Shown in pieces: positions 1 through 12,913 of a stretch of DNA of 64,000 nucleotides (position 1 is its first letter; every line of letters starts with the position of its first letter). The stretch lies in the NCBI RefSeq assembly GCF_006345805.1, contig NC_042998.1, positions 124,372,001-124,436,000 on the forward strand, read 5' to 3'. The translations under genes and the position numbers were made by a program. The DNA comes from Octopus sinensis (taxonomy: Eukaryota). The notes under the pieces are model-generated. The model was given only the letters and a program-made list of their open reading frames with translations, was not told the origin of the DNA and searched no databases.

Positions 1-1542
1 ATGCTTCCTACTGTGAACAGACAATTGAAGTAGCAAACTCTACGCCTATTCTAAATTACTAATAACATTTCAAATAAAATTTAATAACGTCAACATGTGA
101 TTTTATTCATTATTGAAAAGGTGTAACCTGTAGCATATAAACGGTTTCTAAATAAAGATTTTATTATTGAACAGAGTTTCGTGCTGAAGCACGTTTGGAA
201 TTGTGGAAAAATTGGAAGATTGAAATTACTATTATGATATGTTATTAAGCTATTCAGATGTATGTATACAATGATAAAAGTCCGAGCGTTCGTCATTTTA
301 TTAAGTATGTAATATATTCTCCGTTGAACGTGTACAAAAACACAGTTACTTTAATATTTTTCCCAACTTGTATTCCCAATTTGTTATCTTGCTATCCTAC
401 TCAATATATTGAATTCTGATTAAATCCACGTGGACATAAAAGGAGTTGAATTGAAACATAGTAAAGTCTTGAAAAATATATAAATTCAGCTTTATGTGAA
501 AGAGTTTTAAAAGAATGAACATTTCAATTCTAAGAAGAAATAACAATGTTAGTGGGCTCTGACAGAAAGTCGAATTATTAGTAGCAGTGTCTAATGGAAC
601 AACCATTTCTGCAACATTCTAACCGTTAATTTGTTAATATGTTTGCATTGTTGAGGACGTGTTATTCTAAGTTCTTTGTCTTGAATATTAGGGGATATAA
701 TACAAAATAAAGTTAAGAATAATATACTGAAATAATGAGAGAAATCATCGAAATTGTAATTTGATATTCAGGTGAAATTGTAAAATAAACATTTGTGTAA
801 TTTTCTTTCGTGCATTTCGATATAAATTATCTAAATTATATCATGAATATCAAGCTATGTTCTATAAATGAAGAAACTGTTTACTCTAGAGGCCCTTGTA
901 TATTTTACCGCTAGCTATTGAAAATAATACGTGGTGAGCAAGGATACAAAAGCTAAGACAAAAGAATATTGAAGACCTCTTCAATGTCACTTCATCTCAT
1001 TCACATCGGTATATACGTTGCAAAAGTTAAATGGATATATATATATATATCACTTATATTCCTCTAATACAATCGAGTGCTAGCCGTAAATTGATTACAT
1101 ATATCATAGACTTGAAATAACATCCTACTTTGAACTAGATAGCGTACAAAACAGAAATTAGGGTGATAAAAAGGATGGCAGTCGCATTTTACACGCAAAG
1201 AAACGGTACCTTTATGGAATTACATATCTTAACTTTCGTTAACGGCTCTTTTATGAAGAACAGATACATCCCTTAACTGAAGAGTTATGTATACATGCTT
1301 TAGATCTTAGGAACGCAGTGTGAGTAACGAACAGTGTCAACGTCTATTGAAAAAGTTTGCAAGACACAACGAAAATTTTAGAAACATAAAAAAGTGTGTT
1401 AAGTTATAAGGCACCAAAGAGAATGATTCTCCCCAGACACAACAGAATATGCTTCAACACACGAACTCACATAAAGAAACTTGCAAACCAAATCCAAAAA
1501 CGAAATGTATATGTATGTGTGTGTGTATGTAAGTATGTATTT

Positions 1543-1701
1543 AGGCGCAGGAGTGGGTGTGTGGTAAGAAGTTTGCTTTCGAACCACATGGTTCCGGGCT
1601 CCGTCCCACTGCGTGTCCCTCTGAGCTAGTGTCCCCTACTATAGCTTCGGGCCGACCAAAGCCGTCTGTGTGGATTTGGTAGACAGAAACTGAAAGCCCG
1701 T

Positions 1702-1702
<1 letters not shown>
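1543..1702 (+). mobile_element. tRNA-derived SINE, family A
   Basis: Head GGCGCAGGAGTGG..GTGTGGTAAG with A-box and B-box-like GGCTCCGTCCC. Body and tail (GGATTTGGTAGACAGAAACTGAAAG) match copies at 12718, 22095 and 24526. Followed by (TA)n. Confidence 0.85.
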
Positions 1703-1752
<50 letters not shown>

Positions 1753-1767
1753 GTGTGTGTGTGTATG

Positions 1768-1965
1768 ACTTCCCTTGCCCCACACCATTACTTGCCAACC
1801 GATGCTGGTGTGGTTATGCCCCCCTAACTTAACAGTTCGGCAAAAGAGATCAATAGAATAAGTACTAGGTTTACAAAGAATAAGTCCTGGAGTCTTTGTT
1901 TGACTTAAAGCTGTGCTCCAGATGGCTACAGTCAAATGACTGAAACACGTAAAATAATAAAAGAA
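1768..1965 (+). mobile_element. Interspersed repeat family B (SINE-like 3' part)
   Basis: CGATGCTGGTGT..CGGCAAAAGAG..AGAATAAGTACTAGG..AGTCAAATGACTGAAAC also present inverted at 12467-12678 and 21445-21632. Confidence 0.75.
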
Positions 1966-1970
1966 TATAT

Positions 1971-2018
<48 letters not shown>

Positions 2019-2044
2019 TACATACATACATACATACATACATG

Positions 2045-2077
<33 letters not shown>

Positions 2078-3099
2078 TTATATATATATCTATATATATA
2101 TATATATTTTAATCCGAATTTGTGTAAATGTGTATGGAATAATATATCAGTTCAACAAAGTAAAATATGGTCTGGTTTTCACGTGTTTTTTATTATGCTA
2201 TTTCAAAAAATATTTTTTTTGTAATTTTGAAGTGTGTTAAACATTGACAAAATATTTTGTAATGTTCATGAATTTCAGTTAGCGCTTTTATACGGTCTTA
2301 ATTATCATTACTGCAGTAAAATTACTAACTACTTCCTTTTTGTACCTCTTGGAAGCCCCCGACAAGCTGACTTTTTGTATTATGCTTTTGACCAATCCGC
2401 ACGCAGTTAAACGTCACGGTTTGCGTGCGTACCGATATTACTGGCATCAATCCCACCTTTATTTCAACCTATTAGCTTGCAGTTTACATGTAATGGCTTT
2501 ATGAGCGAGCAAACTTAGTTGGTTTCGATCGCTAATATTAAGTTAGCAAACGGACAACTCACTAATCTATCTTCTACTGCTTCCCTGCTTCACAATTCTC
2601 TCCTCTTTATTTTGTATTTTACCATCTTGTAACTGTTCCCTTTTTGTCATTTTACTTTTATCTTTCTTTTCTATTCCTCCTCTTCTATGACACTCACCTC
2701 TTCCTACCAAAATTCTCATTTTCTCTCAGATTTTCAATGCCATATATAAGATATCTAGTTCAACCAGACCCCTGCATAATCACAAATGTTGTACCATATA
2801 GTCAAGTCTTACAGAACAATAAGACGAATGCGTGTGTGTGTGTGTGTGGTGTGTGTGTGTGTGTGCGTGTGTATCGTGTGTGTGTCGTGTGTTTGTGTGT
2901 GCTCATGTGGATATGAATATGTCTTACTACTTTGTATATACGCAAAATCAAAACAGTAAGTATTTAGCCGATGTGCTAATATTTGTTCTTTTGTGGTGAT
3001 TGATATTTCTATTTTCACATGATTATCTGCCACCATTCTCGATTCATCTATCAACCCCAAATTTGTTTCTAAACCGTTGATTCCTATCTACAGAGCTTA

Positions 3100-3181
3100 T
3101 ATATATATATATATATATATGGGTGTGGGTGTGCTTGTGCGTGTGTGTATGTATGTATGCATACACAGATATGTATATACA

Positions 3182-3233
<52 letters not shown>

Positions 3234-3325
3234 TATGTATATATATACATACATACATGCGTACGTACATACATACATACATACATACATACATACATAC
3301 ATACATACATACATACATACATACA

Positions 3326-3358
<33 letters not shown>
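3100..3358. repeat. Compound (TA)n/(TG)n/(TACA)n microsatellite, representative of dozens of similar tracts in the window
   Basis: Direct reading. The YI/VC/HT-repeat ORFs in the ORF track are translations of these tracts. Confidence 0.95.
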
Positions 3359-3359
<1 letters not shown>

Positions 3360-6351
3360 ATATCTACCTAATTTAGTGTAGCTCTCGCGTAGAATCAATT
3401 TTGTATACATACCTCCTTTTATCTCTGCCTCTTGGAAATCAATATTAGAGTAAGCTTTTCGGTTTTAGAACAAAGTTTACCTGCGTCTTCTCCCTTACCC
3501 TAACGAGAAAAAGTTATGACGCTTTCTCCTCTCTTGCCTTTAGTTTATTTATCCTAGTTCACCATTTTCTTTAAATCTGTTTGATTGGTTACTAAAATAC
3601 TGCTTTTTGTCTTTCTTTACATTCCCCTACAATTAGACGCCAAATTCTTATAAATAATAAACTATCCTCAATAGTTAATAATCGGAAATCCTTCTTCATT
3701 GGTGTACGGTCTCTTTGAAAGATGTTCATAATTTTTTCACCATGATACAAAACCACTACAAACTATACTATTTCAGTGAAGATGACTTGGAACTTGGTAT
3801 TTCTTAAAATCAATCATTTACTTTGCCATTTCACTTCAAACTTACTCACCAGAAACTTGTTTCATCCCAAGAGAGTGTCGATTCACAAGCATTACTCTCA
3901 ATCTATATAAAAGTAGCTGGTCTGGATAATTGTTGTTTCTACATTCACTTTCAGCGTATTATATTTACCGACTTGATGTTCCATCATGTTTCAAAGACCA
4001 CCAGTAGACAACAAGGAAAGGTACAATCGTGTTTTTGATCATATTTGTGGTCGATCAGGACAGGGTTATGGCTAAAAGACAGCAACAACAATAACCATCT
4101 CTGAAATTACATCCACATCAAAAACTTGTCTACCATATTAGCCCATCAAAAGTAACGAAATCGAAACACTTTATCTTAGTCTTTGGTGAAAAGGCTCGTT
4201 ATGATCAAACTCTTCATCATTCCTTAGAAACGCAAAAGTTCAGTTGAGTCTCATGTTTTCGCTTGCAGGTTTTTTCTGTACATCAATGTATGTTTCGTTA
4301 TTATGGATAACAAAAGACATACAAACATACATCCGTACAACATTCACATTTTCCCAAAAAATATGACCGTTCCCACCCACTAGCTAGATACCCCACATTT
4401 CTATGAACAAATAACCATTGCTTTTAAATGAAAACTCGATAACATGCTCCACTAGAAGTGTGCTTTGACAACACCTGGATTCATGAAAGTTTCTATTTAC
4501 AAAACACATTATAAAATATGTATAGAATTAATCTACTTGCTATATATTTTAAATTATGAGATGAATATATAAAATGCAGCATTAATATTGAACACTGTTC
4601 AGGAACATGAATCAAGAAACACCGCAGGATTATTTTTCAATCGCATCATGATCGTACTGTAAAACTGCTACCTTACTTTATTGCCATTAAGTCAGTTATA
4701 TTCTGGGGTTATAGGAACTGAATTTAATATATTTAGTTCAAACATTGACCATATTTTCTGTCAAAGGAAATCGTTATTACAATAGACACAAGGAAATATG
4801 GAGATCAGAGAAAGTACACATACTTACATGGCTGATTGTATGTGTGTATGTGTGCATACACATATGAATGTATATAAGTTTATATCATATATATATATAT
4901 ATGAATGATATGTTATGTTGTGACTTAAGCTCCCATCATATTTCTATTCGTTTCTTAGAACTTATAATTACGTTATTGTCTCTTACCATTATTATTTTAT
5001 ACTGAGCGTCAAAACGTTTTCTCATTCCACACTTCAAAGAATATTGCTATTTATCTCCCTATATATTTTGTAAATTGCTTTTTTGTTCTTATTTACTATT
5101 TTTTTATAAATATTTTTATATTGAAAAGAATATTTTTTATGATCCTTTCTTCTATCCTATATCCCATTTTTTTAAATCTTATTTTCATAATTCTACCAAT
5201 TTCTGAAACATTTTACACAGTACTGTTTTATTTTATAGATATTTTGCCCCAAATACTTTTACTAGCTTTAATCTATGTGATTTTAGATGAAGCATAAACG
5301 TTTAGGAGCTGAACATTTTATATTTTATTTCAGATGTTATAAAACAAATTTGTTACATCATTTTGCGTCGTCCAACAAATAATTGATTTCATGTAAAATA
5401 AATGGGCAAAAAATGCATGCCAACTCTTCATTACTTCCCCCAAGCACTTACATGAAATATTTTCAAAGCATTGATAAATGTACAAGCTACATTCTCATTT
5501 AGACATGTTAACTGTAGTCTAGACACGTTTTAGAACAACAATCTGCTGAGCAACAGACTTCAAATACAGACTTGTAGAACATATTTTCGACTTAAATATT
5601 TCATTTAAAATGTTGTGTTGAAGCTGAAAATATTGAATTCTAGTGCAATAGTTGAGTCACGTCATAGCTGCCTCAGTCAAATTACACGATTGCAATAACA
5701 ACCAATAAATGATTCATTCACATACATAGTTTTGTCGTTCAAAAATTGCATAGTATCTTACTTCTGGAAGAGTCAAAGTTATATTTTCCAATGCAATATT
5801 TCCCTAAATAAAATTTTCGCTATTCCGTAATTTATTTAAAATCTATATCATTACAACGGAGACAACGCAAAAATTTGGCAATTCTCTTGTATATATTATG
5901 AATAAATGATATGGTAGAATAGGAAATTGCAATCACTTGTATATTTATAATGCAGTATGTGAATAGCTTTATAGCAATCGAAGTGCAGTTAACCTGCAAG
6001 GATAATTCTTAGCATTAAGAGTCGATACGTTATTAGAATTTGCGCAGCCAAGTAAAAGTTTTTTTATACTAAAGCTAAATACGTCATATGACTACAAATT
6101 ATTTGCTGAAGTAGTCATTTCCATTTCTCATAGGATATTCCTATTAAAGTGTTTATTATTTTTTTCTTCTATTGATTAATAAAACAAGAACATTATATGT
6201 TAACACGTTACGTCAATTAACTACAATTTTTCAGTCTTGGGTAAATTGCACATTGATCGTTCAAATTTAAAACGCCAGTTCTTAATAATAATCATGATAG
6301 TAATAATTAATATAATAATAACAATAACAATAATTATTGTTGTTGTTGTTG

Positions 6352-7775
6352 TAGAGCTTAGGTTCGGAAAGTGGGCGTTACCGCCCCCCTCCCGGTGGGC
6401 ATTGAGAGCGTCATCCAGGTGGGCGCTGGTGTCTAAGGGAGCGGTTCAGCGGGTCGGTAAAGAAAAAGGAGGCATTGTGAGGAAGGCAGTGGATTGGTGG
6501 ACGCTATGAATTTTTAATATGATAGTATTGTATACAAATTATATAATATCATATTAAATATCAAATGATTCATAGTATATATAAATTAGTAAAATATTTA
6601 TACATAAAAATAGGGATTGGGCGCTGAGGATATTATGTGGCCATGTGAGGACGCTGGTCCCAAAAGTTGTAGAGTGAGAGAACAACGCATTCCATCAATG
6701 TGATACTGGACTAATATACGAAGCTCAATATAGCCATCATGACAATCCGTCTGATAAGGGTACACCAGGTACATGCTTACAATGGGCACTGGCGCGACAT
6801 AGTGATCTCATATCAAGATATATAGCACATGATCTTGCAGGTGGATCGCATTTATAATTTTCTTCAGGTGGAGTTGCCTATCCAAATCAAAAGTTCCCTG
6901 AATAAGGGTTACTTAAGGCGTTGAGAGCATAGAAAATAGGGAAAACAAAATGAGTACAAAAAGGATATGAAGAAGAATTACGCAAGAAGGGACTACACAA
7001 TCAATTCCATGTAGCCACAACAGAAGTTGCTGGAAAATAGGTGGGATTGGCTGATGAAAGTAACCCTAAAAAAAGAGACCGAGAGCATTATTGTGGTAGG
7101 CAAGACCAGGCTTTGGCCACGGACTGGGGGGTTCAACCGGAAGTATGAGCAAGTGTCTCCGCTGTACCGCATCTGCAACAGAGTGAATGAAACCATTACC
7201 CATATCACGAACAAATGTCCTAGACTTGCCCAAAACCACTACAAGTTGTGGCCACGCAACTAGGTAGCGAAACGGCTACATTGGAAACTGGGGGAAAAGC
7301 TGGGGCTGGAGAGAAGCAAAACGTGGAATGAGAACAGACCAAAGAAAGTAGGAGAGTCGGGGATTAGCAAAATCCTCTGGGATTTCACAATGCAAACTGA
7401 TCATGTGCTAGAGCATAACAAACCGGACCTAGTAGTTGTGGACAAGGTGCACCACATATGCTATACAGCTAATGTTGCATGCACCTTTGATCCACTATTA
7501 TTCAAGAAGGAAGGCGAACAGATAAAGAAATACAACACTCTTAAATAAGAAATAGAACGTCTATGGAAAATGAAGAAGGTTTAGATAGTGCCAATTATTG
7601 CTCGGTCCTCTTGAGCAGTATCAGAAGTTCGCAAGGAGAATATAAAGGAATTTGAAATAGAGTGCCCAGTAGAAATGTTGCAAAGGGTTTGCCTCCTTGA
7701 CAAGGTCAGAATAATCAAGTGCAAGTATTAAGTCTGCTACACATGCAAACCTCCAGGAGTTCGAACAAAACCTGG
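6352..7775 (+). mobile_element. Degraded, internally deleted R4/Dong-like non-LTR retrotransposon
   Basis: 6990-7730 encodes a broken C-terminal region: KKETESII, YRICNRVNETITHITNKC (CCHC relic), ILWDFTMQTDHVLEHNKPDLVVVDK (RLE PD motif), EIERLWKMKKV. Its 3' tail resembles 53580-53635. The GC-rich 6352-6510 block and 6690-6800 (GYTRYM) are tentatively the 5' UTR and N-terminus. Confidence 0.7.
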
Positions 7776-7791
7776 GATGATGATGATGATG

Positions 7792-7885
<94 letters not shown>
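7776..7885. repeat. (TGA)n(TAA)n array between two R4/Dong-like elements
   Basis: Direct reading. Confidence 0.95.
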
Positions 7886-7889
<4 letters not shown>

Positions 7890-10545
7890 AGAAATAGGGA
7901 AGGAGAAAGTAACCGTTAAAGACCCCCCTCCCATGGAAGAAGTTCAAAAATTTTGGAAAAGTATTTGGAGTGACAAGAAGACGTACAACATAAATGCAGA
8001 CTGGATTATACAAACTGAAGGATCCTACCAAAATTTACAACAACAAGCATGGGAAGACATCACAATAGCAGACCTAAGAAAGGCACTCACGAAGGCCCAT
8101 AATTGGAAATCCCCCAGTAAAGATAGGGTGCCGAATTTCTGGCTCGCATCGCTCCCATGCGCACACGGTAAGCTAGTTCAGCTGCTCAATGGAATTATGA
8201 GAGACCCAAGAAAACACCTGAATGGTTAGCAAGTGGCATTACTTACCTACTCCCAAAGAATAACGAAACCAACCTTCCAAAAAACTATCGGCCTATAACC
8301 TGTCTATCCACCACGTATAAAATCCTAACATCTATCCTGGCGGAGAAAACATATGCATTCATGGAGAAGAACGATATTTTCCCCATTGAACAAAAAGGGT
8401 GCCGCCGAGGCTCTTACGGATGCAAAGATCAACTGCTAATCAATCGTATGATCCTTGAGAACTGTTGCAACAAGCGCAGAAATCTCAGCACCGCATGGAT
8501 TGACTACAAAAAGGCCTTCGACAGTATACCGCATCCATGGATCTTGAGATCGCTGGACATCTTCAAAATTTCCACTGTGATTTCAGACTTCGTGAAGCAC
8601 AATATGTCGTTGTGGAATACGAATCTCCAATTATACCACTCTAATGGAGTACTTGCCTCAGAAAATATAAACATCAACTGTGGAATTTTTCAAGGTGACT
8701 CACTTTCACCTTTAATATTCTGCATAGCCCTAATACCCCTTACAAGTGAATTAAACAGAACAGGGTATGGGTATAAAATTGCCAATAAAAAAATAAGCCA
8801 TCTATTTTATATGGATGACTTAAAACTTTATGGTAAAGACAATAATGAACTTGAAGGCCTATTGCGCACCGTGAAAGCATTCAGCGATGACATCGAGATG
8901 GAGTTTGGACTTGAGAAGTGTGCCAAGGCCACTTTCCAGAAAGGGAAAGTGAAGACCACAAATTCAGTCGTGTTAGATGTTGACACAGTCATAAGAGAGC
9001 TTGAGCAAGAACAAACATACAAATATTTAGGGATAAATGAAGGCTCCGGTATTCAGCGTGCAAGCATGAAAGAGAAAATCAGGAAGGAATGTTATAGGAG
9101 AGTTCGTGCAGTCCTGAAATCTGAACTAAATGCACGTAACAAGGTGTTAGCTATAAATTCCTTAGAAGTTCCAGTTGTTACTTATAGCTACAATGTGTTG
9201 AACTGGAATATGAGTGAAGTAAAGAATATAGATAGAAAAATACGCAAGCTGCTGAGTTGTAATAGGATGCACCACCCAAAGGCAGACGTAGATCGCCTTT
9301 ACCTTCCCAGAGCCCAAGGAGGTCGAGGCCTGATCCAATTTGAACTAGCTTACAAAACAACCACAATTGGACTGGCCAAATATCTCGAAATATCGAATGA
9401 CTGGATGCTAAAGCTCGTGGAAAATCACGAGAGACGAAAGAAGCTTCATTCTATCATCAAGGAAAGCAAAAAATTTGCTATTGATCTCGTGCAGGATACC
9501 CAAACTGAACAACCCGAGGGAAGTACGGCAACTATTGTTGCAAAGAAGGTGAAAATGGTGGCAATGAAAAAAGCGCACGAGCAATTGGCTGATAGGTGGG
9601 AGGAGAAACCTCTGCACGGCAAATATGTGACCCGCAGCAAACAAGCTGATGTTGACCAGAAGCAAACCCATCAGTGGCTGCGGAGCTCAGGGCTAAAAGC
9701 AGAGAGCGAAGGTTTCATCCTGGCTGCTCAAGACCAAAGCCTATTAACCCGGAACTACCAGGCCAATGTGATGAAAAATGGAGCAGACCCAAAATGCCGA
9801 TTCTGCAACGACATGATTGAAACAGTGGACCACCTAATCTCTGGATGTAAACTCTTAGCACCAGTGGAGTATAAATTAAGACATGACAGAGTTGGCCAAT
9901 ATCTCCACTGGCTAATAAGTCGGCATTACAATATCAAAACTGCCGACAAGTGGTATAATCACCACCCTGAGGCTGTAACTGAAGGAGAAAATGTAACCAT
10001 TCTGTGGGACTTTCCAGTACATACAGACCGAACCATCAAGGCCAATAAACCAGATATTGTTGTGAAAGACCAAAACAATAAAGTTTGCTTATTGATCGAC
10101 ATGAGCATCCCCTGTGATCATAATATCTCAGCGAAAGAGTTTGACAAGCTCAGAAAATATAAAGACCTACTCATTGAAATTGAGAAAATGTGGCATCTCA
10201 AGGCGGTTACAATACCAGTGATCGTAGGAGCACTAGGAATGATCAAGAAGGGAACCGAAAAATATATGAGAATGATCCCTGGCTTACCATCCCTGCAAGA
10301 AGTGCAAAAGATTGTCTTCACTGGTACATCACACGTATTGAGAAGAGCATTGTCGATGTGAGAACTGTTGCTGCTCATGTATTTTAATTTAACTTAAAAA
10401 AAATTTTTTTTAAATAAAAATGAACGAACTAATGAGTTTGGTTTAATGGCCGACCAATGTATACTATGAGTTTCTTTGCCCTAGGAGTCGGGAAGACACT
10501 CGGCAAGAAATGGAAGCAAATTTGAAAGAAGAAAAAAAAAAAAAA
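7886..10545 (+). mobile_element. 5'-truncated, near-intact R4/Dong-clade RLE non-LTR retrotransposon
   Basis: RT, CCHC and RLE ORF, ~185-bp 3' UTR ending in poly-A (10532-10545), flanked on both sides by TAA/TGA arrays. Dong elements are known to target TAA repeats. Confidence 0.93.
8361..10361 (+). CDS. Reverse transcriptase plus CCHC zinc knuckle plus restriction-like endonuclease of R4/Dong element. The frame is open from ~8211 and joins ORF 7885-8208 across a 1-nt frameshift (~825 codons in total).
   Basis: Motifs QKGC, WIDYKKAFDSIPH, GIFQGDSLSPL, HLFYMDDLKLY, FGLEKC, YKYLG, CRFC..ETVDHLISGC, RHD, KPDIVV..LIDMS..KLRKY. Upstream in frame: PEWLASGITYLLPK..NYRPITCL. Confidence 0.92.
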   Translation: MEKNDIFPIEQKGCRRGSYGCKDQLLINRMILENCCNKRRNLSTAWIDYKKAFDSIPHPWILRSLDIFKISTVISDFVKHNMSLWNTNLQLYHSNGVLASENININCGIFQGDSLSPLIFCIALIPLTSELNRTGYGYKIANKKISHLFYMDDLKLYGKDNNELEGLLRTVKAFSDDIEMEFGLEKCAKATFQKGKVKTTNSVVLDVDTVIRELEQEQTYKYLGINEGSGIQRASMKEKIRKECYRRVRAVLKSELNARNKVLAINSLEVPVVTYSYNVLNWNMSEVKNIDRKIRKLLSCNRMHHPKADVDRLYLPRAQGGRGLIQFELAYKTTTIGLAKYLEISNDWMLKLVENHERRKKLHSIIKESKKFAIDLVQDTQTEQPEGSTATIVAKKVKMVAMKKAHEQLADRWEEKPLHGKYVTRSKQADVDQKQTHQWLRSSGLKAESEGFILAAQDQSLLTRNYQANVMKNGADPKCRFCNDMIETVDHLISGCKLLAPVEYKLRHDRVGQYLHWLISRHYNIKTADKWYNHHPEAVTEGENVTILWDFPVHTDRTIKANKPDIVVKDQNNKVCLLIDMSIPCDHNISAKEFDKLRKYKDLLIEIEKMWHLKAVTIPVIVGALGMIKKGTEKYMRMIPGLPSLQEVQKIVFTGTSHVLRRALSM

Positions 10546-10559
10546 TAATAATAATAATA

Positions 10560-10600
<41 letters not shown>

Positions 10601-10608
10601 AATAATAA
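10546..10608. repeat. (TAA)n(TGA)n(TAA)n array at the 3' end of the Dong element
   Basis: Direct reading. Confidence 0.95.
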
Positions 10609-12416
10609 CGGGTTATAAGTGCGCTATTTAAGATATTTCTAGCTCTCTTCATCTACTACGTAGCGTACTCTGTGCTACACCATGCACACCTTATACATAG
10701 TATCGATACATAAATATATCTTACTCTATTAAATAAATGGGAACAACGGGTGGTATTTTCAAACAAATTAGTGGATTGTAAAGTGATCATTAGTCGCTAG
10801 TAGTTGGAAGTTATACGAAATATATTTCATTTCATAATGGGCGTTACTGTTTTCCAAGACAATTTTTACATGACAATGACGAGTTCTAGAAGTAAATATC
10901 CTAACACATTATAAAGGAAATTTCCAATATAAATTATACGCATAAATGTCTGTAATAATTTGTAATATATTTAACATCGTACACACTTAATGAAAAATTT
11001 AACACGCATGACTTCCTCTATAGTTTCCCGTTTATTTCTATATCTTTCTATCTCTCTCTATTTCTCTTCCTATCATTTTTCCCATCAGTATAAAATATAC
11101 AATGCTACACTAATAGAATTTATCATATAGAATAATATTCCAATGATTGGGTAATTACTGCAATGCTTCCGAGAGAATGGAAAATTTTATATAGGCGAAA
11201 GAAAAATTTGGAGTCATTTTGTATTTATAAAGCCATGTAAGTAATCAGATTTTGGCTATTGGCCGGAGAGAATAATTATACAGTACCTCATATGTCGGTT
11301 TCATACAAGCCAAGCAGAACATTACGACCGTTAAATACAATGTATACGTGAAGAAACACATTTAAATTTTGATGAAGGTGTTCCAGTTTGATGGGCGAAA
11401 CAATAAATAACTTTATTCGCTCAACTGTTTCATACCATTTTATCCTATATTTTATGCCAACTTTACACACCATTTAAAGAACTTATCTTTGATTTAAATT
11501 TGCAAACAGCATAAATCTATCATCCATTTGTGTCTGACCTATATAGATTCGATCTACATATGGAAGCCAGTCTACATATGGTGAAGTGAACCATTCACTC
11601 ATGTGCACACATACATATACACATAAATACATACATGCATACATACAAACATATACATGCATGCATACACATGCATACATACATACATAAATACATACAT
11701 ACGTAGGTAGTACGTACATAGAGAGATATATACGTACGTATGTACATACATACACATAAAAGAATATTTGATTTTAACTACAATTGATTTTCACTTTATG
11801 CTTTACGTTGAATATTAATCGAATCTACCTCAGTATAAGAAAATGAAGTAATGAATATGCAACTATGCTACCCGGTTAGTAAAATAATATAAGTAATCAG
11901 AAAAGAAGCAGCGTGACGGCTAATAGCATTACGAGACAATATTAAGTGTGAGGTTATATAATACTCATTTTATACAGCGTCCATCTAGGCATCACAACAC
12001 GCTTGGTAACACCGCCATTAAAAAAAAAAAATTGCATAATCAATTTCTTATCTGTAATATTTATTATGGATTTTAATAATCTAAATTTGGAGAACATCGT
12101 AGATTCAATTTCATGAAATTAAGCTACATTCCTAAATAATTTGTTTTATTTTCTGTTTCCTGACGATATGCATAACAGACGTTATGAAAAACTTCTATAA
12201 CATTTAGTTTGGTTATTTGTGTTTGATTTGAAATTGGGTCGAATCTCAGTTTTCAATAGATAATGACATTCTACCATCAGTGAATAGCGAACATACATTT
12301 TCTACCGTCGCGAACTCGCAAACTGATGACACTCATATCTCATTAAACTCACAAAGGAACACGCACACATATTCATGAGTGTATGTGTGTGTGTGCCTAT
12401 ATATATATATATATAT

Positions 12417-12448
<32 letters not shown>

Positions 12449-12466
12449 ATACGTATATGTATATAT

Positions 12467-12678
12467 ACTCTTTACTCTTTACTCTTTTACTTGTTTCAGT
12501 CATTTGACTGCGGCCATGCTGGAGCACAGCCTTTAGTCGAGCAAATCGACCCCAGGACTTATTCGTTGTAAGCCCAGTACTTATTCTATCTGTCTCTTTT
12601 GCCGAACCGCTAAGTGACGGGGACGTAAACACACCAGCATCGGTTGTCAAGTAATGCTAGGGGGACAAACACAGACAC
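12467..12678 (-). mobile_element. Repeat family B copy
   Basis: Reverse complement of 1768-1965. Confidence 0.8.
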
Positions 12679-12717
12679 ACAAACACATACACACATATAT
12701 ATATATATACATATATA

Positions 12718-12878
12718 CGACAGGCTTCTTTCAGTTTCCGTCTACCAAATCCACTCACAAGGCATTGGTCGGCCCTTGGCTATAGTAGAAGACACTTGCC
12801 CAAGATGCCACGCAGTGGGACTGAACCCGGAACCATGTGGTTGGTTAGCAAGCTACTTACCACACAGCCACTCCTGCG

Positions 12879-12881
<3 letters not shown>
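12718..12881 (-). mobile_element. tRNA-derived SINE, family A
   Basis: Minus strand reads GGCGCAGGAGTGGCTGTGTGGTAAG..GGTTCCGGGTTCAGTCCC (A and B boxes). Matches 1543-1702. Confidence 0.88.

Positions 12882-12913
<32 letters not shown>

Noticed and set aside
8200-8229. Programmed -1 frameshift in the Dong ORF, or at 26529 in the knuckle ORF
   Set aside because: No canonical X XXY YYZ heptamer in frame; a simple 1-nt deletion or sequencing error explains both.
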